Positions 36,832 through 46,042 are shown, counted from the first letter of the stretch. The stretch is 46,572 bases of DNA from Actinomycetota bacterium (GCA_009705865.1 WLSJ01000001.1:1-46572), one strand, 5' to 3'. Translations and numbers: made by a program. The notes: a model not told the origin generated them from the sequence alone.

Positions 36832-37599
36832 CTAAGTCGGGAATTCAGCACCGGCGACAAGAGCCTCAAGAGTGGGCGTGATACTGCCTTCCAGTACTAC
36901 ATGGGCAAATGCGTCCATGTGCGTGGAGGTGCCGTTCAGAATGACTACAAGCGCTCCGGCCGCTTTGGCTCGCGGCACCAACTGATTCGCTGGTCTTACA
37001 GACAGAGTGGAACCGACAGCGAGCAGGAGATCACACTTTTCTGCTTCATCAAACGCACGATCAATGACGTCAGGAACAAGTGCTTGTTCAAACAAGATGG
37101 CATCACTCTTGACTACTCCTCCGCACAGTTCACAATGTGGATCAGGATCACCTGCAATCACTCGTGCAATAAATTCAGACATTGGTCGTCGATCATCGCA
37201 GCCCCAGCAACGGCCGTACTTAATAGTGCCGTGCACTTCGACAACATTGTGTTCTTCGATTCCAGAATCTTGATGCAATCCGTCAACGTTCTGTGTAATC
37301 ACGCACGATAATTTGCCAGCGTTCTGAATGCGAACAATTGCATGATGACCCCCATTGGGTTGTGCGGTTCCATTGAAATTTCGTACTCGTCCCTCCCACG
37401 CAACTTTGCGCACCTCGGGATCATTCAGGTAGTAGCTCAGGGTCGAGGTCTTTTCAGCAAGTGGATTACGAGTCCACAAGCCATTTGGCCCGCGGAAATC
37501 AGGGATACCTGAGTCCGTCGAGATACCTGCACCACTAAACACCACAACTCGTTTCGCTTGAGCTAACCATTGCGATACTTGCGTCAAGTCGCTCGACAT
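36832..37599 (-). CDS. cobB: NAD-dependent protein deacylase (sirtuin, CobB-type)
   Basis: It has GAGISTDSGIPDFRGPNGLW, TQNVDGLH and a catalytic EVHG. The Zn ribbon is CWGC...CELCGG, followed by VGSTLSVRPA. I prefer ATG 37599 (MSSDLTQ...). Confidence 0.85.
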   Translation of the reverse strand: MSSDLTQVSQWLAQAKRVVVFSGAGISTDSGIPDFRGPNGLWTRNPLAEKTSTLSYYLNDPEVRKVAWEGRVRNFNGTAQPNGGHHAIVRIQNAGKLSCVITQNVDGLHQDSGIEEHNVVEVHGTIKYGRCWGCDDRRPMSEFIARVIAGDPDPHCELCGGVVKSDAILFEQALVPDVIDRAFDEAEKCDLLLAVGSTLSVRPANQLVPRAKAAGALVVILNGTSTHMDAFAHVVLEGSITPTLEALVAGAEFPT

Positions 37600-37680
37600 A
37601 TCTTCATCATTTTTCACTGCCCATATTCTGCCTGACCCGCACACATTGTGAAATATCGGAAATAAACCAGAGAAAGAACG

Positions 37681-38112
37681 GTGCTTATGAACTCACCTTC
37701 AGTAGACCTACTCGAAGTCCTCCCATGGCGCGACCCAGTGATCGAGGCTGCCGGATATGCCATTAATGACCCGTATATAGAAATGTTTTGGCTTCCTATT
37801 CTTGGACCCACTGCCACGTGGCTTGTTAGACGCCTTGCGTCAGGTCTTGAACATGAACCGCAGGGATACACCGTTTCCATGACGTCACTAGCTCGTGGAA
37901 TTGGAGTTTCTTTTTCAGATGGAAAACACAATCCCTTTGGTCGCGCGTTGCAACGGTGCATCATGTTCGGCGTCAGCCACAATGTGCCGTCAACATCACA
38001 CCAAATAGTTGCAGTTCGCAGTGTCCTTCCGCAGTTGTCACAACGACACCTTGCGCGACTACCAGATGAATTACAGACTCTCCACTACGACTGGCGGCCT
38101 ATTTGCGTATAA
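37681..38112 (+). CDS. conserved hypothetical protein (possible winged-helix fold)
   Basis: 143-aa ORF starting at GTG 37681 or ATG 37687, with protein-like composition (…YIEMFWLPILGPTATWLVRRLA…). No catalytic motif was recognised. Confidence 0.6.
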   Translation: MLMNSPSVDLLEVLPWRDPVIEAAGYAINDPYIEMFWLPILGPTATWLVRRLASGLEHEPQGYTVSMTSLARGIGVSFSDGKHNPFGRALQRCIMFGVSHNVPSTSHQIVAVRSVLPQLSQRHLARLPDELQTLHYDWRPICV

Positions 38113-38121
38113 TGTACAACT

Positions 38122-38823
38122 GTGAACAAACCCCGATTGCTTCATTTTTTCAGTGTCGCAGCGGTTGGGATCACTCTTGTCTCATCAGTTGGGCTGCCAG
38201 CACAAGCGGCACGCAAGACCAGCAATGTCGTCATTATCGGAGATTCCGTAGCAAATGTATTGCGATGGGCGCCAGCAACTATGAGGCCTTTGTGGAAAAG
38301 CCAATACAACGCAATTCTCGAAACATCCGGGTGTCAACAGCTATTACGAGAAGGCTGCCTTCCAAAGAAACAGCTCAGCTCACTTGAGCGCATCGTCAGT
38401 CACCGAAAAGACAACATCGATGTCTACGTTGTTGCAACCGGATACGACGACACCGGCCCGGAATACTTGGCCATGGCTATGGGCAAAATAAATGCCGAAG
38501 TAAAACGGCAAGGCGCCTCACTCATTTGGCTTACGTACCAAGTAAATGGCAACGTCAAGAGAAAAGCCCGATCCTTCAACAAAGTTCTTCTTGAAGAACA
38601 AGTAAAAAATGGGATGGAGATTCTTGATTGGAACCTCATTTCCTGGAAGAAGACCAAATGGTTCCCCGGAGGCGGAGTGCACATGAATGGTCTCGGTGGT
38701 CTTCAGCTTGCTCGCAGCATCGTTCAAGCTCTTGACATCCACTATGGGCGAGCCACGGTCGCGAGCACCACTACGACAAGTACCACCGTGTATACAACTA
38801 CGACAGTTGCCGCCAGTAAGTAA
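38122..38823 (+). CDS. secreted SGNH/GDSL-like hydrolase with a Thr-rich C-terminal tail
   Basis: It has a signal peptide (LLHFFSVAAVGITLVSSVGLPAQA), block I VVIIGDSVA and a late GGGVHMN. The tail is TTTTSTTVYTTTTVAASK. Confidence 0.7.
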   Translation: MNKPRLLHFFSVAAVGITLVSSVGLPAQAARKTSNVVIIGDSVANVLRWAPATMRPLWKSQYNAILETSGCQQLLREGCLPKKQLSSLERIVSHRKDNIDVYVVATGYDDTGPEYLAMAMGKINAEVKRQGASLIWLTYQVNGNVKRKARSFNKVLLEEQVKNGMEILDWNLISWKKTKWFPGGGVHMNGLGGLQLARSIVQALDIHYGRATVASTTTTSTTVYTTTTVAASK

Positions 38824-38835
38824 TAGATTGACTGC

Positions 38836-39765
38836 GTGAAACTACGCATCTTTACAGAACCACAACAAGGCGCCAGTTACGCCCAACTCCTAGCCGTTGC
38901 ACAACGTGCCGAGAAGCTTGGGTTTGATGCTTTTTTTCGCAGTGACCATTACCAAGTAATGGGAGATCACTTCTCTGGGCTGCCAGGCCCATCCGATGCA
39001 TGGATAACTCTCGCAGGCATCGCTAGAGAAACATCAACAATCCGTCTCGGAACATTGGTGAACTCAGCCACATTTCGTAACCCAGGCGTACTTGCCATAA
39101 GCGTTGCCAACGTGGACGACATGTCGAATGGACGCGTTGAATTAGGACTCGGGGCCGGTTGGTACGGTGTCGAACATTCGTCATACGGCATTCCGTTTGC
39201 GCCGCTTGGTGAGCGTTTCGACATCCTTACTGAACAACTGCAGGTCATTACAGGGTTGTGGAACACCCCACACGGTGAACAGTTCAATTACGCCGGAGAT
39301 CACTACACAATTACTAATTCTCCAGCGCTACCAAAACCAGTTCAATCTCCCCCACCCATCATCGTTGGGGGCGGCGGACCAAAACGTACGCCTGCCCTAG
39401 CTGCCCAATTTGCAGCCGAATTCAATATTCCCTTTAGTGGAATAGAACGGTTTACTGAACAATGTGAACGCGTTCGCGCCGCCTGCACCGCTATCCACCG
39501 TGACCCGAAAAGCCTGGTCTACTCATCAGCTTTGGTTGCGTGTATCGGCAAGAACGAAGCAGAAATCTCGCGACGAGCCGCAGCTATTGGTCGCGATGTC
39601 GAAGAACTACGTCTCAATGGTTTGTGCGGTACGCCAGCAGAAGCAATCGACCGACTCAAGGCCTGGTCTGTTGCTGGAGCCGATCGTATGTACTTACAAT
39701 TTCTCGACCTGTCAGATTTGGAACACCTTGATCTGGTCGCAGAACACGTAATGCCCTTTGTCTAA
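38836..39765 (+). CDS. LLM class F420-dependent oxidoreductase
   Basis: The N-terminus KLRIFTEPQQGASYAQLLAVAQRAEKLGFDAFFRSDHY is typical of the F420-dependent LLM subfamily. GTG start. Confidence 0.8.
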   Translation: MKLRIFTEPQQGASYAQLLAVAQRAEKLGFDAFFRSDHYQVMGDHFSGLPGPSDAWITLAGIARETSTIRLGTLVNSATFRNPGVLAISVANVDDMSNGRVELGLGAGWYGVEHSSYGIPFAPLGERFDILTEQLQVITGLWNTPHGEQFNYAGDHYTITNSPALPKPVQSPPPIIVGGGGPKRTPALAAQFAAEFNIPFSGIERFTEQCERVRAACTAIHRDPKSLVYSSALVACIGKNEAEISRRAAAIGRDVEELRLNGLCGTPAEAIDRLKAWSVAGADRMYLQFLDLSDLEHLDLVAEHVMPFV

Positions 39766-39770
39766 CCGAA

Positions 39771-41129
39771 TCAGCTAAAGAATTGTTCGGGGATCATTCC
39801 CCGATGTGCATCTAGCAACTCATCGACAAGATTCCATATCTGGTCAAGGTCAAGCTCGGCAGCAGTATGCGGATCAAACATTGCGGCGTGATACACATGT
39901 TCGCGTTTTCCTGTCAATACAGCTTCAACCGTTAATGACTGAACATTGATATTGGTCTGCATTAGTGCTGCAAGATGCGGAGGTAACGCTCCAATAGTTA
40001 CAGGACTGATGCCTGAGGCATCAACAACACACGGAACTTCCACGCAACAATCATCTGGCAAATTGCTGATTATTCCGCGATTAGGCACGTTTCCGTACAC
40101 GGTGCGTGGAACCCCCGTCTCACAACTATGAATAATGCCGCTGCCATATTCCAAGCTTTGCACGACACGCAATTTTGCATCAGGGTTCTCTAAGCGAGTA
40201 CGCAACGACTCCCAGCCTTCAATCTGTCGCTCACACCGACGCGGATATTCATCAAGAGGAATTCCATATCGGTCTAGTAGGTCGGGGCGACCCCCCTTAA
40301 TAAACCACGGGACGTACTCACTGAAATGTTCACTTGACTCTGTCACGAAATACCCCAGCCGCTTAAACATCTCATAGCGAACAGCGTCTGACAATCCATC
40401 AAAACCACCATCACTTCGTTCAACATCTCCACGTGTTGGCATCGGAAACACATTTGCCCGTTCTGAGATTCGTGGATACAGATCAGTTACTTGAGAACCG
40501 ATTCGCTGCTGGAATTCCAGATAGAACGCCATGTGGTTGATACCGGCACATCTGTATTCAATGGTGTCCGCATCAATACCAAGATCGTCAGCTAATTGGT
40601 GTGCCGTGTGTTGCACGCTGTGACATAAACCAATGGTCTTGATAGCTGAAGCCCGGGAAATGGCCCAACACAACATGCTCATTGGATTGACATAATTCAA
40701 TAGCAACGCATCCGGGCATAGTTCTTCCATGTCACGACATATGTCCAACATAATTGGGATCGTTCGTAGCCCACGCATGATTCCACCAACACCAAGAGTG
40801 TCTGCAATCGTCTGTTCTAAGCCAAATTTCTTTGGGATTTCAAAATCAATAACTGTTGACGGCTTGTAGCCGCCAACTTGGAACATGGTGATGACGTAAT
40901 TTGCCCCCGCCAAAGCCTCGCGCCTATTTGTTGTTGCTTCAATTCGTGCAGTTACTCCAAGAGTTTCAACAATCTTGTGACCGACAATTTCTGAAGTACG
41001 AAGTCTTACTTCATCAATGTCATGCAACACAATGGTGCTATTTGATAATTCAGGAAAACTTAAAATGTCACCCATCAGGTTGCGAGCAAACACCGTGCTT
41101 CCAGCGCCGATAAAAACAATTCGTGCCAT
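39771..41129 (-). CDS. glycoside hydrolase family 4 (NAD/Mn-dependent alpha-galactosidase / alpha-glucosidase type)
   Basis: It has the N-terminal Rossmann motif RIVFIGAGSTVFARNL plus NYVNPM and GLCHSVQ. Length is 452 aa. Confidence 0.85.
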   Translation of the reverse strand: MARIVFIGAGSTVFARNLMGDILSFPELSNSTIVLHDIDEVRLRTSEIVGHKIVETLGVTARIEATTNRREALAGANYVITMFQVGGYKPSTVIDFEIPKKFGLEQTIADTLGVGGIMRGLRTIPIMLDICRDMEELCPDALLLNYVNPMSMLCWAISRASAIKTIGLCHSVQHTAHQLADDLGIDADTIEYRCAGINHMAFYLEFQQRIGSQVTDLYPRISERANVFPMPTRGDVERSDGGFDGLSDAVRYEMFKRLGYFVTESSEHFSEYVPWFIKGGRPDLLDRYGIPLDEYPRRCERQIEGWESLRTRLENPDAKLRVVQSLEYGSGIIHSCETGVPRTVYGNVPNRGIISNLPDDCCVEVPCVVDASGISPVTIGALPPHLAALMQTNINVQSLTVEAVLTGKREHVYHAAMFDPHTAAELDLDQIWNLVDELLDAHRGMIPEQFFS

Positions 41130-41157
41130 TGGGCAATGGTAGGCGTCAACTGACTAC

Positions 41158-41988
41158 CTACAGGACATTTGTTGCCAGCAACACAACACAAATTGTGCCA
41201 ATTGCTAATCGGTACCACCCAAAGACCTTGAATGAATGCGACGCCAGATATCCCACCATCCACCGCACGGCCACAATGGCCGTGACAAAGGCGACCACCA
41301 ATCCAATTAATGGGGCGAGAAGACCAAACTGATCAACGACATCGCCACCATGCTTTGATAAATCCAGTGCTGTTGCAGCTGACAAAGTCACTAGGCCAAG
41401 CAGGAAGCTGAATTCAATCGCCGCTGACATTGTCATGCCCACAGCAAGTGCCGCAATCAACGTCGCCAGGCTGCGACTAACGCCGGGCCACAATGCAAGT
41501 GCTTGTGCGACACCAATAATGAAAGCAGACCTAATGGAGATCTCATGGAAAGCCAGTGAACCGTTAGTTGGACGCCACCACAGAAGAAATACGCCACCAA
41601 TCAACCACGCAATTGTCACAGGAACTGGACCAAACAATGCTTCTTTCATGGCGTCACCAACTGCCGCACCGATAAGAGCTGCAGGAAGGAAGGCAACGAC
41701 TAATCGCACCAAAGATTGCCTACCAACCGCATCAGCACCTATGAGGCCTCGCACTAGCGACCACACACGAATGCGATATAGATACAGCACAGCGAGAATT
41801 GCGCCGAACTGAATAGCTATGGAATACGTATCTGCAGCAGTGCTGGTTGAGCTAGTACCAAAACCAATGAGGTCTCCAACGACAAGCAAATGCCCAGTTG
41901 ATGAGATGGGCAGGAATTCAGTGACGCCTTCAACTATTCCTAAGAGAACGGCTTCTGGAATCGACAACAAGCCTGCAAACATATTCAC
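41158..41988 (-). CDS. uppP: undecaprenyl-diphosphate phosphatase
   Basis: 276 aa and polytopic, with the signature GIVEGVTEFLPISSTGHLLVVG near the N-terminus. The start is GTG 41988 or ATG 41982. Confidence 0.9.
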   Translation of the reverse strand: MNMFAGLLSIPEAVLLGIVEGVTEFLPISSTGHLLVVGDLIGFGTSSTSTAADTYSIAIQFGAILAVLYLYRIRVWSLVRGLIGADAVGRQSLVRLVVAFLPAALIGAAVGDAMKEALFGPVPVTIAWLIGGVFLLWWRPTNGSLAFHEISIRSAFIIGVAQALALWPGVSRSLATLIAALAVGMTMSAAIEFSFLLGLVTLSAATALDLSKHGGDVVDQFGLLAPLIGLVVAFVTAIVAVRWMVGYLASHSFKVFGWYRLAIGTICVVLLATNVL

Positions 41989-42014
41989 AGTCTCTCATAT
42001 GCCAATAATTGGCG

Positions 42015-42761
42015 TTAGTCAATCACTGCCCACAGTGACCATGACAGCTTTTGTCCATCAACCTTTAGTGATCCATACTTGGCCGGATATTGGTAATTAG
42101 CAATAGATGCCGCCATCGTGGTGAGGTCACGTGTCGCACATGCGGGTCCTTTTTGAAGAGTAAAGGAGTACTTTGCACCAATGATCAATGCGCTATCCAC
42201 TGCGGCAGTTACTTTTTGACGAACACCGACTTCATTTTTAGCGGTGTACGCCATTGTTGCCATTGGTAGCCCATTATCAGCCACAATCGATGCCTGAAGG
42301 CACACGGCATTGGGGTCCGTAGCTTCTGTTGCCTCTACCAAGACTCCAATATTTGGGCTCTCAATTTCTACCTGAACTGTCTTCACAGAGTTAGTGATTG
42401 AAGTAAACGTTTGTGTAACGGATTGCGCAATGTTGATTTTCGTGCTGTTCGTAGCAGATTTATCAATGGGGTATGTCCCCCACACACAGTAATCAGCCTT
42501 CTTTATCCCGGCACATGAACCAGACACCTTCTCTGCGACTGGCTTCTTTTTCGGCACCGTGCCTACTGGTGGCGCAACAGGTGGCGCGATCGGCAGCGTC
42601 GTTGTCGTAGTAGTCGTGGTCGTCGATGTAGTCGATGTTGTTGTTGATGTTGTCAATGGAGCAACCGTGGTAGTCGGACTGCTATCTCCACCTGAACACG
42701 AAGAGACAATGACAATGCTCATGAGCACTAGTGCCACAGACCGGATATTTCCTTTTTTCAT
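42015..42761 (-). CDS. lipoprotein with a Thr/Pro-rich linker, function unknown
   Basis: ATG 42761 overlaps the stop of the upstream metzincin gene (ATGA). The signal plus lipobox is MKKGNIRSVALVLMSIVIVSSC, followed by a poly-Thr and PxxP linker and a roughly 170-aa globular domain with 4 Cys. Confidence 0.75.
   Translation of the reverse strand: MKKGNIRSVALVLMSIVIVSSCSGGDSSPTTTVAPLTTSTTTSTTSTTTTTTTTTLPIAPPVAPPVGTVPKKKPVAEKVSGSCAGIKKADYCVWGTYPIDKSATNSTKINIAQSVTQTFTSITNSVKTVQVEIESPNIGVLVEATEATDPNAVCLQASIVADNGLPMATMAYTAKNEVGVRQKVTAAVDSALIIGAKYSFTLQKGPACATRDLTTMAASIANYQYPAKYGSLKVDGQKLSWSLWAVID
42597..42674 (-). repeat. ACN-codon (Thr/Ser) low-complexity tract
   Basis: It encodes TTTVAPLTTSTTTSTTSTTTTTTTTT. 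The plus strand reads as imperfect (GTN)n. Confidence 0.8.
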
Positions 42762-45229
42762 TTCACTACCGTGCTTGTTCTGAATATGGTGGATCCAGAA
42801 GTTCCACGGACAGATATTGCGATGTTCAATGTTGAGCCTGAGACAAGATTTTTTGCGATACAACTTGTTTTACTATCCGACTTACATGTGCCGGCAGAGG
42901 TTTTCACCTTCACAAGAGAAACAGCCCCCAAAGAATCCTTGACTGTCCACTTTATTTTGACCGTTCCCGCCTTAGGTGAGGTCACTACGGGTACAAGTTT
43001 GATCTTTCCGGGAATAATTCTCCCAGAAGAGAGCACGTGCAAAAGACGATAACCACTCGAGTAAATTTTCACGTTTCCTGTTGACATCGCTCGACCATAG
43101 CAGTAAGTATCTTTACCTTTTACAGCCGTAAACGAGAATTCTTTCGACGCTGGCGTAGCACCTTGGTTAAAACCATATTTGGAATTCTGTTTCCCCTTCA
43201 CGACACAATTGACTTCAAGCAAATTCACATTGTTCTGATCTAATTCCGCTGCCGTGGCTGTGACCAGTAGGTTTTTGCCTGAAAATTTCGCGCTCAGAAC
43301 CGGGTCTTCTGGGAGCCCAGCAAGCGTTCTAGTAGTGAACAATGTCTCTCTAGACCCGGTCGCATTGGTTCCCTTCGCTATTAATTGCACTGCTGTTTTC
43401 CGTGGTAGGTCAGAAAACGTACACACAGTGTCGCCAAGAACTGCCAACACACATGGTTCGCGGCCAGCAATCTCAATAGTTGGAGTCCCTTGGATTTCAG
43501 ACCCACCGTTCTCCACATGAACTGTTGCTACAACCGAGTCAGAAGTGGCCGTAAATGTAGAACGGAAGATAGGCGCGACGTTTGATAGCTGCGTGGCAGC
43601 CGAAGTAATGCGATTCGATGAAACAGCGCCATTTATCCCAGCAACTGTGGGAGAAACAACTGTCTCACGAGCAACATTGAGTATTTGACATGACGACTCC
43701 CATACAAATGCGGTACACGCTTTTGTTGCATCTTCTAGAAGATTCACAGACCATGAACTCGGTTCATCTTCTCCATAGGCGGAGCCAGCGACACCCCATG
43801 CCACGTTCAATGTGGCTTCACCTGACTGGTCAGCGGTCCCTGTCACGGTGGCTGGATCTGTTACAGCAAAACTCATTACAGGTTCAATACGCACCGTTGC
43901 ACTTGTGCCGTTGGTTGATTCGACTGAGACTGTGAATCGATTACGCGGGTCGGTCCATGATCGAAGTGCAGGAAGTCGAGGATCATTGGCATAGTCAATT
44001 GAGGTGAGAGATGCAGTGGGCGGAGTGATGTCACACAGATAGCTGGTACTAGACGCAACACCGACTACCCCTTCCAGACTTATTCGGTGAGTTGAAAAAT
44101 CTGCAGAAGGCTCATACGTGATTGTCACACCTCCGTTTACAGGAGCAGCAGCCGGAGAGATTGAGGTAATTACATTTGGGTTGTATTGCAGCCAGAATTC
44201 ATTATCACCCGCAGCGACATCAGTCGGCAAAATATTGACGGCAGTAGTTCCAAGGTCACTTCGGTCAGGTCTATTCAAAATGACCGTTTGTGCAGAGCCG
44301 GTCCATACTGCAACATTGGAAGCTGGAAGCCAACCAACGCTTTCCAAAAACGTCGGAGCATAATAACCAGAGGCACCGGCAATACCCATCGTGTCTGCGA
44401 GATTTCCGTATTCAACTTCCTCGCACGATTTCAAATACGTCAATGTCACGCCGGCATTGCAGGTGTTGGCATGAGGAAAGCCCATATTGTGTCCGAGCTC
44501 ATGTGCCCACACACCCATATAACCCGGGGCGGTGTAAGTCCAAGTCAATTTGCCTTCAACTTCACCTAGACCACCAAAGTTGCAATCTTGATTGTCGCCA
44601 GTAAAAGTCATCATGACATGGTCAGAACTCTCTGTTAACCCTTGCTTCTCAACATAAGCGAGAGCAAGGTCAGACATTTCATAAAAGTTGCATTGTCCAG
44701 CCGAATTGACCGAAGAGACATTTACTGTTGATAAAAAATTGACAGACAGAGTCTCTTGATTAGCCGACATACTGCGCCACCACGTTTTCAACTGTGTCGC
44801 AATTCCATTTGCCACTGTCCGGTCAGCGCTCTTCCATGTTGCACCAGACCACTGCAACGGCACCACCGTTACTGTGCGATTTGCTACCACAGCAGTTGAG
44901 TGCACTGGTCGACGGACCGTTATTGCTTTTGACAAAGAAGACGCCGTAACTTCCGATCCGACCTTTTTTGAAAACGACACAAGAGATCCGCTGCTTTGTT
45001 GAACTTCAACTTCTGAATCAACCGGAATTACACGATCGCTAGTCTTGACCACCCACGTGGAGTTACCCGCTGCTTCAAATCGCCCGTCATTAGAAGCCAG
45101 TTTGAGCAATGTGCCACTGATGGCATTGACCGCCGGAGTCATCGCTGCCTGTACTGGCGTAATCGCCGATGAAAAAGCCGCTGACCCAACTAGGACGAGA
45201 CTTGCCCCGAGCCACCGAAAACTTTTCAC
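42758..45229 (-). CDS. secreted metzincin-type zinc metalloprotease with multiple Ig/Fn3-like domains (gametolysin/M11-like core, tentative)
   Basis: GTG start and signal peptide MKSFRWLGASLVLVGSAAFSSAITPVQA. HELGHNMGFPH (HExxHxxGxxH) lies at nt 44503-44471, followed by EYGNLADTMG...ESVGWL. About 500 aa of beta-rich repeats follow. Confidence 0.8.
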   Translation of the reverse strand: MKSFRWLGASLVLVGSAAFSSAITPVQAAMTPAVNAISGTLLKLASNDGRFEAAGNSTWVVKTSDRVIPVDSEVEVQQSSGSLVSFSKKVGSEVTASSLSKAITVRRPVHSTAVVANRTVTVVPLQWSGATWKSADRTVANGIATQLKTWWRSMSANQETLSVNFLSTVNVSSVNSAGQCNFYEMSDLALAYVEKQGLTESSDHVMMTFTGDNQDCNFGGLGEVEGKLTWTYTAPGYMGVWAHELGHNMGFPHANTCNAGVTLTYLKSCEEVEYGNLADTMGIAGASGYYAPTFLESVGWLPASNVAVWTGSAQTVILNRPDRSDLGTTAVNILPTDVAAGDNEFWLQYNPNVITSISPAAAPVNGGVTITYEPSADFSTHRISLEGVVGVASSTSYLCDITPPTASLTSIDYANDPRLPALRSWTDPRNRFTVSVESTNGTSATVRIEPVMSFAVTDPATVTGTADQSGEATLNVAWGVAGSAYGEDEPSSWSVNLLEDATKACTAFVWESSCQILNVARETVVSPTVAGINGAVSSNRITSAATQLSNVAPIFRSTFTATSDSVVATVHVENGGSEIQGTPTIEIAGREPCVLAVLGDTVCTFSDLPRKTAVQLIAKGTNATGSRETLFTTRTLAGLPEDPVLSAKFSGKNLLVTATAAELDQNNVNLLEVNCVVKGKQNSKYGFNQGATPASKEFSFTAVKGKDTYCYGRAMSTGNVKIYSSGYRLLHVLSSGRIIPGKIKLVPVVTSPKAGTVKIKWTVKDSLGAVSLVKVKTSAGTCKSDSKTSCIAKNLVSGSTLNIAISVRGTSGSTIFRTSTVVK

Positions 45230-45253
45230 CTGCCCAATGTACCCAAGCCTGGG

Positions 45254-46042
45254 CTACTGAATCATGTTTTGCACGGCACTAGCGATGGGGCTGATGTCAA
45301 CATCGGCCCCACTTCCCTGTCCATCATTGGTTCCATGCCCAAACGGATTGTCAAGATCTTTCACCAGCAACAACAAATATGCATAGGCAAGGCTCAGAAC
45401 TGACGGGGCGATCCAGGACATGATGGTGGAGGGGAAACTAACAACCGCCAGAGAGACCTGCAGCACGAGCACAAGAAAACTCATTAATACGTAACCCGAT
45501 TGCACGAACGACGTGTTTCGAATGACCGCAATTCTGTTCAGTACTCCGGTCAATTCTCCGTTCAAGACCATGAGTCGACTGAGGTAATGAGTTGCTACTC
45601 CACTTTTCTCAACATCAACTATTAGTAACGCTAAATCGGAGTGCCTTTTCCATAACTCTTCGTCGCTGATTCTCCCTATGCACCACGAATTAATAGCAAT
45701 CCCCACTTCAGATATTCGCTGACGAAAAGAGCGCGCGTCTATCTCTTTCAGTGCCAAACCTGAACTGCAGGTTGTGTAGAAGCTTGTCAATGCCACGGCA
45801 ACGACTGCTGGCAATTTTTCAGATTCCTTATAGTCAGCGAGAACACCACCCAACATGAAACCCAAGATGAGCGTTACCCCCGTAATCACTGAACCGATCT
45901 CAGCAAAAGTGGCAACTTCTCCGATGTTAAAGACCTCACGCAGAATGACGCGCAATACCATTACCGCGATTACTACGGGAATCGATAACAGCAACAATCG
46001 CAGACGATTGAGGAATTTGTTCTGAAGCAATAAAGTTTTCAC
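45254..46042 (-). CDS. bestrophin-like / DUF4239-like integral membrane protein (tentative)
   Basis: 262 aa with four hydrophobic helices in a 2+2 arrangement around a soluble helical insert. The C-terminal KDLDNPFG...DVDISPI resembles the bacterial bestrophin EDPFG...D.D motif. GTG start at 46042. Confidence 0.65.
   Translation of the reverse strand: MKTLLLQNKFLNRLRLLLLSIPVVIAVMVLRVILREVFNIGEVATFAEIGSVITGVTLILGFMLGGVLADYKESEKLPAVVAVALTSFYTTCSSGLALKEIDARSFRQRISEVGIAINSWCIGRISDEELWKRHSDLALLIVDVEKSGVATHYLSRLMVLNGELTGVLNRIAVIRNTSFVQSGYVLMSFLVLVLQVSLAVVSFPSTIMSWIAPSVLSLAYAYLLLLVKDLDNPFGHGTNDGQGSGADVDISPIASAVQNMIQ

Noticed and set aside
35647-37599. A Sir2 protein next to an E1-like (ThiF) protein as a possible anti-phage system of the Sir2 effector or bacterial ubiquitin-like type.
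   Set aside because: The sirtuin has the full housekeeping CobB motif set (GAGIS..GIPDFRG, QNVDGLH, catalytic HG, a CxxC...CxxC zinc ribbon) and normal size. The E1-like protein carries a rhodanese domain typical of sulfur-carrier activation. No E2, JAB, Ubl, HerA or other partner gene is present.
42001-42013. The palindrome GCCAA-TAA-TTGGC between the lipoprotein gene and uppP, considered as a terminator or operator.
   Set aside because: It has only a 5-bp stem and a 3-nt loop, with no U-tract. Finding such a palindrome in a 26-nt AT-rich spacer is compatible with chance.
42762-42863. The upstream extension (MYRKKSCLRLNIEHRN...) of the lipoprotein ORF.
   Set aside because: It overlaps the last 34 codons of the metzincin gene. 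ATG 42761 gives a classic signal peptide plus lipobox and an ATGA overlap with the upstream stop.
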